From contig NC_086097.1 of assembly GCF_963921235.1 (NCBI RefSeq), forward strand, positions 49,416,001 to 49,480,000: 64,000 bases of DNA. Direction: 5' to 3'. Positions 49,137 to 59,088 of this stretch are shown here, one piece after another (the first letter of the stretch is position 1; each line of letters opens with the position of its first letter). The notes beneath the pieces are model-generated. The model was given only the letters and a program-made list of their open reading frames with translations, was not told where the DNA came from and did not search any database. Source of the stretch: Mobula hypostoma. Its lineage: Eukaryota. Both the position numbers and the translations under genes were made by a program.

Positions 49137-49794
49137 GTGAGTCTCACTGAAAGCTAGTTTCTACAGTTTCATGGTGTTGGCCTTGAAGAATAGCTTGAAT
49201 TCTGGAAAATTTAGGGATGGTTTTAAGTCAAATGCTGATCTGTAACAGCATATTTTTCATGCCATGAAAATGGTTGGTGTAACTAAATATTAGCTCTATG
49301 TTATCTTGAACATAACATTTGGTGTAAGAATACTTTCAGCCATAAGTCATAATAATACTTAAATTAGGATCCTGAAAATTGCTTCTTATTTAATATGGCG
49401 TGTATTTGCATAAATTAAATCAAAATGCCCAGCATCCAGCTTTATGCAACAAATTTTAACAATCTGTATCTTTTGAATGAAAAATGTGTAATCTAGTATC
49501 AGCTTTATTATTTCATAATACTCATTCTGAATTTTATTTTCACAAAGAATTGGATTTTTGTATCATTTGAGCATTGTTACAATGAATTGGATTTTTAAAA
49601 AATCTTCTGAACAATAACTTGTTTTTCTACAGGAATAACCTTTATATTGTTCTTTATTTTAATAATATATTTTTGTCAGTCTTTCCTTTATGCCTTCAAT
49701 ACAGTAGTGCTTCGTTTCAAAGCGATAAAGGGTACCCTGACTTTATGCCACCTCTAATGTAGCAGCTGGCTGCTTACTGGAATATTTCAGGAGA

Positions 49795-49819
49795 AATAAA
49801 AAAATAAACAATTAATAAA
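49795..49819 (+). terminator. Cluster of polyadenylation signals
   Basis: AATAAA at 49795, 49803 and 49814, followed by T-rich sequence; an upstream AATAAA also lies at 48799. Confidence 0.55.
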
Positions 49820-50369
49820 GACATTTTTGTGAAATGTTTATTAAGTATTTTATAGCTTTTCACACTAGCCCATTTCTATATAATGTACCAGTAAAACTGA
49901 GGGAATGATTCAAGGACGTGCTCAAATTTCTCCTTGAAACAAAAAAAAGTGACATTCCCTGCTGAGAACCTCTGGCCATGACTTCTCACAGGAAAATTCA
50001 AAATGGTATTGGTAATGAGATCTTGTAAAGGAAGCATGCAGAAGCCCTGTGTAAACATCAGAAGGAGTGTACCTCCTCACAAATTACTCAACCACCCACC
50101 TAATCTATCACCTCCTGTGATTCTGTGAAACAATCTGGGATTCAAAACCTACAGAACTAGAGCAAGTCATGCTTAAATTTCTTTTATAACATTTTCACTG
50201 ATAATATCTAACACACTTCATAGAACATTACAAATACTAATATGACAAATCACTTAGCAGTTTTACTGCAAAGCTCAACTTGTTAGAAATGAGTATCAAT
50301 GCCATGGGTACAATTTTCCATCTATTAAAGTGAAAAGCACTCATTCTTAAACTATGTGTGTGGGCCTTT

Positions 50370-50670
50370 TCAGATACTACAACCAGAGGTCATGGGTTAA
50401 GGGTGAATGGTGAAAAGCTGAAGGGGAACACAAAGGGAAACTTCTTCACTCAGAGGGTCGTGAGAGTCTGGAATGAGTTGCTAGTTCAAGTGGTGCATGC
50501 AAGCTCAATTTCAATATTTAAGAGAAGTTTAAATAGGGACATCGATGTTAGGGGCATGGAGGGCTATGGTCCTGGTGCAGGTTGATGGGAGTAGGCAGTT
50601 TAAATTGTTCAGCACCAACTAAATGGGCCAAAAGGCCTGTTTCTGTGCTGTACTTTTCTCTGGCTCTATA
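50370..50670 (+). mobile_element. CR1 LINE 3' fragment
   Basis: ORF 50358..50585 TRGHGLRV...NFFTQRVVRVWNEL. Confidence 0.88.
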
Positions 50671-51872
50671 GCTACAAAATCATTGCACAGATCACTGCAA
50701 TCTAAATGCTTGAAACAGATTATCATTACATAAAGACTTTGGTATGTAGCACTAAATTTTAAATTATAATCCTCCTACATAGGTGGCTAATAATGAAATA
50801 CCATTTTCAAATATCAGTTAACTCCAGAGAACCTGACTGAACATTACTTACATTTTTTATATAAGATTGTCTGTTTTGTCCTCTATGATACTCGCTTCCT
50901 TCCTTCCTTTGGTACTCCATCAAACTCCCATCTCCAATTAAAATTATGATAGAAGAACTTCCTGAAATTTAAGACTTGGTTTTTCAGGAAATAAAATTTC
51001 ATTCTGATTTGTAAATTGTTTTTAATAGTAGGCCTCTCTTTTGCTATTGCAAATCCATCTCTGTTTGTTTAGATAGCTCCAGTTCTTTGCTCAATAATAA
51101 CAGACTCAGGATAAAGACAGAGAGAGACCTGGGCAGAAACAAGAGCCACTGAGAAGTAAAATCAATGAAAGTTTATTGGAAATGAGTGAGACAGGCATAA
51201 GTCCAAAGTCCTCATATTGTGAATCATGTAGAGGCGTATATAAAGTTAAGATAGTTTCTGAGTTGGAAGAATTTGTATTAATCCTACTCCAGAGACTTGA
51301 GCATAAATTGCATTAAATGTGCTGTCAAGTAGCCAACAGGTTCATAAAGGTAACTAGCTCTGCTATATATGTGCACTGCAGCTCAGAAGTACAGAACACA
51401 CTGGGAATCCAATGTGAGTTTATCTGACCACTTGTATCACTGCTAGACTAATCACTGAGCCTAGAGGAGTTCTGAAACTTACTGAACCAGGATCTTGCAA
51501 TTTTACACCAACCTCAGGATGCAGAGCTAGTGTGGCCCCATTCATTTACTAACTTTAATATAAAGTTTATTTTAGTAATTTGTTTTCTTCTTTGTTTCTC
51601 TATATATTCATATAATATAAACTAATTATATTTTAATGTGCTTTGAAATATATATGTTATTTTTAAAATGTTAAATAACTTTTTTTAATTAGTTAAAGTA
51701 ATTTCAACTGGTATACAGGTGTACCTAATAAGGTGTACCTAGTAAAGTGACCACTGAATGTAAATTGTGCTTTAGGTCTTTGTTGTAATTTATTGTAAAG
51801 AATATCAAATGCTACAATATGTTGCAAGAAAATAACTGTTCATGGAGTTACAAAACACTAATAGCTTTATGG

Positions 51873-52936
51873 GCAACACATACAAAATGCTGGAGGAACT
51901 CAGCAAGCCAGGCAGCATCTATGGAAAAAAGTACAGTTGAAGTTTCGGGCTGAAACCCTTTAGCAGGACTGGATTAAAAAATACTATAGAGTAGATTTAA
52001 AAGGTGGGGGGAGGGGAGAGAGACAGACTAGGTGAAAGGTGAAACCTGGAGGGGGAGGGATGAAGTAAAGAGCTGGGAAGTTGATTGGTGAAAGAGACCC
52101 AAAGAGACCTCACCGATATATGTGAGGCTACACCGGGAGAACCGAACACAGTAAATGACCCCCAACAGACTCACAGGTGAAGTGTCACCTCACCTGGAAG
52201 GACTGTTTAGGGCCCTGAATGGTAATGAGGGAGGAGGTGTAGGGACAGGTGTAGCACTTGTTCTGCTCATACAGATAAGTGCCAGGAGGTAGATCAGTGG
52301 GGAGGGATGAATGAACAAGGGAGTTGCGGAGGGAGCGATCCCAGTGGAAAGTAGAAAGTGGGGGCGGGGGGGAGGGAAAGGTGTGTTTGGTAATGGGATC
52401 CTGTTGGAAGTGGCCTGTCCATCCATGGCCTCCTCCACTGTCCTAATGAGGCCACACTTAGGTCAGAGGAACACCACCTTACAATCCGTTTGGGCAGCCT
52501 CCAATTTGATGGCATGAACATTGATCTCTCAAACTTCCAGTAATGCCCCCCACCCCCATCTCCTTCACCATTTCCCATTCCCTTTTCCCTCTCTCACCTT
52601 ATCTCCTTGCCCACCCATCACCTCCCTCTGCTGCTCCTCCTCCCCCCTCTTTTTCCTTCATCCCTGGCCTTCTGTCTCTTTCACAATCAACTTCCCAGCT
52701 CTTTACTTCATCCCTCCCCCTTCAGGTTTCACCTATCACCTTGTGTTTCTCTCTCCTCTCCCTCCAACTTTTAAATCTACTCCTCAGCTTTTTTTTCACC
52801 AGTCCTGTCAAAGGGTCTCAGCTCGAAACATCAACTGTACATTTTTCCATAGATGCTGCCTGGCCTGCTGAGTTCCTCCAGCATTGTATGTGTGTTGTTC
52901 GGATTTCCAGCATCTGCAGATTGGATCTTGTTTGTA
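51873..52936. mobile_element. Penelope-like element with inverted arms and GIY-YIG endonuclease remnants
   Basis: Imperfect TSD aatagctttatgg (51860) / aatagctctgtgg (52937). Left arm (minus): [34 protein letters not shown]. Right arm (plus): EEHHLTIRLGSLQFDGMNIDLSNF plus terminal repeat. Confidence 0.88.
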
Positions 52937-53184
52937 AATAGCTCTGTGGAACTTCCAAGTGCAACCTTATGGTGCTATGCATTTTTTTAAATTATAAGCC
53001 CCATAAAGGGCATTTATCAAAATAATCTGAATAGTGGGTAACTAAAAAATACCACCAACAGTTTCATTGCCTTTACATGCTTTTGGCAGTATAATCAATG
53101 TGACTTCCACAGATAAAATATTATTTTTCAGAGCATATGTATAGTCAGAATCAATATGAAGAAAGTGAAAAACTAGAGAGAAAG

Positions 53185-54306
53185 TCTCATGAGGCTGTTT
53201 AACAAGTTATGAGCCCAGGTATTACAGGAAAGATTTTAGCATTGATAAAGCAGTGGCTGATTGACAGGAGTCAAAGAGTGGGAATAAAAGGAACCTTTTC
53301 TGACTGGCTGCCGTGACTAATGGTGTTCCACAGGGGTCTGTGTTGAGACCAATTCTTTTGACGTTATATGTCAATAGTTTGGATGAGGGAATTGATGGCT
53401 TTTTGCAAAATTTGCAACAAAAACAAAGATAAGTGGAGGGGCAGATAGTTTGGAGGAAGTAGAGAGACTACAGAAGGACTTAGATTAGGAGAATAGGCAA
53501 AGAAGTGGCAGATGGAATACAGTGCTGGGGGAGTGTACGGTCATGCACTTTGGTAGAAGAAATGAAAGGGTAGACTATTTTCTAAATGGAGCGAAATACA
53601 AAAAAAATGAAGCACAAAGGGACTTGGGAGTTCTTGTGCAGGATTCCCTAAAAGTTAACTTACAGGTTGAGTCTGTGATGAGGAAGGCAAATGTGATGTT
53701 AGTATTCATTTCAAGAGGACTAGAATATAAAAGCAGATATAATATTAAGGATTTATAAAACACTGGTGAGGCCTCACTTGGAGTATTGTGAGGAGTTTTG
53801 GATCCTTTATCTTAAAAAGGACATTCTGAGACAGTTCAAAGGAGGTTCACAAAAATGATTCCAGGATTGAACGTCTTGACACATGAAGAGTGTTTGATGG
53901 TATGGGGCCTCTACTCACTGGAATTTAAAAGAATGAGGGGTGACCTTATTGAGACCTATTGAATGGTGAAAATCTTGATAGAGTGGTTGTGGAGTGGATG
54001 CTTCCTGTGGTGGGAGAGTCTAAGACCAGAGGACACAGCCTCAGAATAGAGGGGTGTCTTTTTAGAATGGAGGTGAGGAGGAATTTCCTCAGAGAGTGGT
54101 GAATCTGTGAAATTCTTTGCCACAGGGAGCTGTGGAGTCTTTATGTATATTTAATGCAGAAGTTGATAGATTCTTGATTGGTCAGGGCATGAAAGGATAT
54201 GGGGAGTATGTAGGAGATTGGGGCCTGAGAGGAAAAATGGATCAGCCACAATGTAATGGTGGAGTCAAATTGATGGGCCTAATTCTGCTCCTATATCTTA
54301 TGGTTT
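53185..54306 (+). mobile_element. CR1 LINE 3' fragment
   Basis: GVPQGSVL, ORF 53522..53758 VMHFGRRN...QRDLGVLVQDSLKV and a typical 3' end tcttatggt. Confidence 0.9.
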
Positions 54307-54307
54307 T

Positions 54308-54655
54308 AGTCATAGAGACTACAGTATGGAACCAGGCCCTTCAGTTCATCAAGATTATGTCAACCTAATCTTCTGTCTAATCTCATCTATCTGCACCTGG
54401 ATCATATCCCCCCCCCCCCAGTTCCCTTCCATCCAGATGCTCCAGTTGAACCCTCATCTATCACTTCCACTGGCAGCTTATTCACACTTGCACTACCCTC
54501 TGGAATGAAGATGTTTCCCCTGAGATTCCCCTTAAATATTTCTCTTTCCAACCTAAACCTATGACCTCTAGTTCTATTCTCACCCAACCATCGAGTGAGG
54601 GGGGCCTGCATGTATTCACCCGACATGTACCCGTCATAATTTTGTATATCTCTGT
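54308..54655 (-). mobile_element. CR1 3' fragment, tail-to-tail with the previous copy
   Basis: Minus ORF 54402..54626 RTRGHRFRL...NLRGNIF. Confidence 0.8.
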
Positions 54656-54840
54656 AAGTTCAGGTTCAAGTTTAATTATCTTTCAACCATATATGAATAT
54701 AGCCAAACAGCATTCCTCTGGGGCCAAAGTGCAAAACGCATTACCAATAGCACGCAGCACACCGCAAACAGCACATATGGTTATGATTTCAGAAAAAAGA
54801 TACAGTCGCAAAGAAATAAAAATAATATAGTCAAGTTCTT

Positions 54841-55061
54841 AAAAACGCAAACACGAGGAAACCTGCAGATGCTGGAAATTCAAGCAACACACACAAAATG
54901 CTGGTGGAACGCAGAAGGCCAGGCAGCATCTATAGGAAGAGGTACAGTCGACGTTTCGGGCAGAGACCCTAGACCCGGGTCTCAACCCGAAACATTGACT
55001 ATACCTCTTCCTATAAATGCTGCCCGGCCTGCTGCGTTCCACCAGCATTTTGTGTGTGTTG
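54841..55061. mobile_element. 221-bp palindromic Penelope-derived insertion
   Basis: Perfect 14-bp TSD atagtcaagttctt at 54827-54840 and 55062-55075; inverted arms 54885-54969 and 54977-55061. Confidence 0.92.
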
Positions 55062-56099
55062 ATAGTCAAGTTCTTGACTGGCATGACTCTAGATTGTTCT
55101 GGTCCAGCTTGTTCTTCCACTGAGCGAGCACTGGAGGGCAGTACTGAGCGCACTGGAGTGCAGCTCTGAAAGGAGCCAGCCTCCAACCCAACACAATTCC
55201 AACACATCCACCACAGGCCCCTGGTCTCTCCCCTGGGCAGGTGCAACAGGCCACTGCATCTAAGGCAACCCTTTGGCCAAAGCCTTGTTTTCACCACAAC
55301 CAAGGCAACGCAACTCCCCTATTGTCAGTCTGACCAATGAACGGACTTGCAATATTCTACATTACCAATGTCCCAAAGGGTTTTGCAATCCCGATAAAAA
55401 CACTCAAGACAATCGCTCATTCTGTTTGTTGGATCACATGTGGTAAAGTTGAAATCTGTAAAATTTACTTATATATAGTTGTTCAAACATTTTTTAAAAA
55501 GGGTTAGAATAATTTATTTAATGTGAATATCATTTCATGTCGAGAAAAAAGGGATATGACTTGCAAATGTGTTTAGTTGAAAATTCTGAGAATCTGTGTG
55601 CAAGGTACTCTTTTACAGTATTGAGCACTGAATCTGCCATTGACTTGTAAGGGCTTGCATTCAATCTTCAGCACACAATTGATTGCTCATGCCTGCCAGA
55701 ATGCTGGGGGCAGGGGTTCGTTGGGGGGATGTGGAAGTGCACATGGTACTCATTCACCATTAAATTACTGATGCATGAACAGCACAACATACATATTTCA
55801 TTTGCCATATGCCTTTTTCAGGGGTACTACAAAATTTCAGGTGTGTAGGTGGACCATCTCCTTGCCAGATTGAGTTCAACCAAGCAACACCAAGCCTTTT
55901 CTTAATTGCCTAGAGCAGCAGCAGAGTGAGGCAGTTGATTGAGGTGAAGGTGAGGCTGAGAGCTGGTGGAGCAGTGCACACACTTCAGACACAGTGAGTG
56001 CTGGAGGCTGCAGAATCCAGTCAGCAGCAGGTAATCTTACTGTCACCACAATAACTCGCACCACCGCCAAGGGAAAAGAAAACGGACGTGCTTGGGAAT

Positions 56100-58927
56100 C
56101 TCCAAGTAGAAATTAGTGAGAATGTGTGAGTTACTTAAAGACAAGGCAGTAGAACTCAAAAGCTTCCTTCTGCTCGCAGGAGGGAATGTGGCTAAGAAAA
56201 CATGTTTGTTTCATGTATCCCTAATAAGTGACCATCTGGGAAGAGAGGAGCTGGGAAATCTGGAGGACAGTGGTATATCTGAACTTCTGCAGGTTAGAGA
56301 CAAGTTAAATGAGTCAGTGGTTGCTACAACTGCTTTGGCTGATAAAACAGAGGAAAAACAGTAAAATTGCAGTAACCCGCATGTCAATACAAACGGCAGC
56401 TCCTAATGCGATGAACTCGAGCAATCTACAGCGGTTAGTTCGGAGGGAAATTGTCCCACTAGCATGGCACAAAGACTTTAAAATATCTGGTCAGGATGGT
56501 GAGCCCAGTCAGAAAGACGAGTTGTTGTTTTCTAGACTTGTTCGCCAGATAAAACGCGCCCTAAATAGAGGCTGTCCCGAGGAGGAGATGATCGATGCAG
56601 TGATCAGAGCGATTATGCCTGGGCTCCAGTTGTGCAGGTATCTTGATGGTAAATCAGACTTGAATTTACCTACCCTTAGACAGATCCTTCATTCACATTA
56701 TCAGGAAAAAGGGACAACTGAATTGTATAAGCAGTTGACAGCAGAAGCCCAACACAGTGCAGAGATGCAACAAAGTCCCTTAATATGTATTCTTGACCTG
56801 AAGCAGTAAGTACTGTTTGCCTCACTGTTTGCCTGGTCTGAAATATGATCCAGCCTTGGTGCAGAGTATGTCTTTACATACTGTACTTGCCGGCTTACAA
56901 AGTGGTTCTATTCAAAAGGACCTCCAGCCAATCCTTTTAGATTCCAAAACCTCAGATGAGGTACTATTAAAAAAGATACACATTGCATGTGCAAATGAAG
57001 AAGAGAAAAAGAATAAACAGAAGCCAGCTGGGTCAGCTCGCACTGTCAATGTTAACTCTGCACAGTTAGAGGAACGTCCTGTTGAGTATGAATGGCAGAT
57101 GGAAAGGACCTAGGGTCACAGTTGGAAACACTTAGTGAAGACAATACACAGGTCAAGAAGCAACTTCAACAGCCCATACCTGTGCGTCAAAAAATGCTTT
57201 TCAGTTTCAAATAAGAAAACAGGAGATGAGAGCAACCCTCGCTCAGCTGCAGGACCTAGCATAGAGTTACCAGCAACCGCCAGAATGGGGTGCAAAGAGG
57301 CCTGAGAGGCCATGGGGCAAAACATCGTAGGGCCTGAACTCCAGAGAGAGCCAAGCATTGAACAAAGACATCGGAGGAAAAAGCAAACCCAGTTAATTGA
57401 ATCGGCTGTGCTCCAATCATACCCAGCCCCTCAACAACAAAACTATCCCCCATTTCAGCAGTATGCAATAGTATCATATGCATTGTCATCTGAAGCTCGG
57501 CAGCCATGCCAAGTAGCTCCACAGAATTATCCATTTTTACCACAACAGCATGGAGTTGCACAACAGTATCCAGTCCCAATACATCCATATCCCGGCCTGA
57601 TTCAGCAGCTTCGTTCACCATGAATTACAAAATGTTTCCACTGTCAGAGAGAGGGTGTGAAGAACTTTGCACCTACTGTTACAACTGTGGTAGCTGCAAG
57701 CACTACTTAGTAGGATGTAAAGTATGAGGAATAAGACAGTCATATGCCAGTGTTTTAGTTGTGCAGTGCCAAGTCAATCAACATTCATCTATAACTTCAC
57801 TGGGAGTCAGACAGTGCCTCATAGAATGCTACTTACAGGGATGTCAAAGTGAAGCGATATGGGACACAGGTTCACAGGTTTGCAATATAGACAAGCAGTG
57901 GAAAACTAGGCACTTAGCTGGAGTTAAACAGAAAGAAGTTTCAGAGGCAGTAGAGAGACCCGAGGCATAACAGCTGGTGGCAGCCAATGGTGCAAGCATA
58001 CCATACGTAGGATGGATTGGGATCACTTTCAAGATAGCTTCGCATGGTGCAAAAGAATTGATCATTCTGGTTCTGAAAGGCAGAGCTCCACTCCATCCCG
58101 TCACTGAATTCAACGTGATTGAACAGATTATAAAGGAGAGTGACAAACAAAGTCCTAAAGACAGAGAAGGAGACCTTGTATGAAACAGTGAGCTGCATTA
58201 TCTAGCCTGAAGAGAAGCAAAATCAAGGCGTTCATCAATCTGATTAGTATTGAGAATCCCTGTGAGCATTGAGCAAAGACAACAAAGAAGAGAGCATTTG
58301 AACCAGGTGAAACCACAGTAAGCTGAAGGCCTTGAGCTGTGTGAAACACTCGTAACACTCCAGAGGGGTGCACATCCATACATTGTTACTGATGTGTACA
58401 ACAAAACAGACCATGACATCGTGCTTGCTAGGAAGACAGTGCTCAGAACGTTGCAACCAGTTAAGTCCATGTTCCCTGTCACTGTGCATGAAGATGCCAT
58501 ATTTGAACCAGCTACTCGACACCAAATAGAAGATGATAAAGGTGAACTTGACTCTGATTTATGGGAATCCCCCTGTCGATGTGAACCGCCTAAATGTACA
58601 ACAGCAGCAGATCCTGAAGCAGATGCTACGAGAAGAATGTCACTCCTTTCAAAATCAGACAATGACATTGGATGTATCAAAGGTTTGCAGCTGAGCATCT
58701 CTCTCAAAGTTGACAAACTGGTTGCCCGCCCTTATATTTCAGTTTCAAAACCCTTCTACAACAGAATGAGTGGATCAAGATATTTAACTCGCCTTACAGC
58801 TTGCTAATCATGTGTGTCAGAAATAGAGATGGAAGCCTTCGTCTCTGTGTTGTCTATAGGGACTTGAATAGGAAAACTATTCCTGACCACCAGCTCATTC
58901 CACAAGTGCAAGACATTATGGACAGCA
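56100..58927 (+). mobile_element. Decayed Ty3/Gypsy LTR retrotransposon: gag, zinc knuckle, protease and start of RT
   Basis: Gag-like KDFKISGQ...AVIRAIMPGLQL; CYNCGSCKHYLVGC (CX2CX4HX4C) near 57677-57718; protease AIWDTGSQV near 57853; RT start DGSLRLCVVYRDLNRKTIPD near 58830; many stops and frameshifts. Confidence 0.88.
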
Positions 58928-59088
58928 TGTAACTCCAGATCAGGGTCTTCAAAAGAACCCTGAAAAGGAAAAAAAGACATATTAAAGATAGAAATAGAGC
59001 TATTTCCGAAGATGCAAGCAAAGGAATCGCCGCTAGATGTCAACATCCCAATCTCCACCCTGCAACTAGCAACCCCCTCCTCTTTCCC

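Larger units (their letters stand above)
48550..49830 (+). other. INF2: Probable INF2 terminal exon: short non-CAAX C-terminus (EEWKKT*, stop ends 48569) plus AU-rich 3'UTR
   Basis: Acceptor ctgtttcag ends 48549; mostly non-repeat AT-rich sequence up to a triple AATAAA cluster. There is no peptide similarity to anchor it, so the boundaries are inferred. Confidence 0.5.

Noticed and set aside
54885..55061. Long hairpins as microRNA precursors or DNA-transposon MITEs
   Set aside because: Arms match Penelope terminal repeats, TSDs are long and variable (10-16 bp), and one arm has an unpaired extension; this fits retroposition. There is no small-RNA evidence.
56100..58927. Cluster of + strand ORFs as a domesticated gag-derived gene or a novel gene cluster
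   Set aside because: Gag, zinc knuckle, protease and RT appear in Gypsy order but with many stops and frameshifts; this is a dead retrotransposon.
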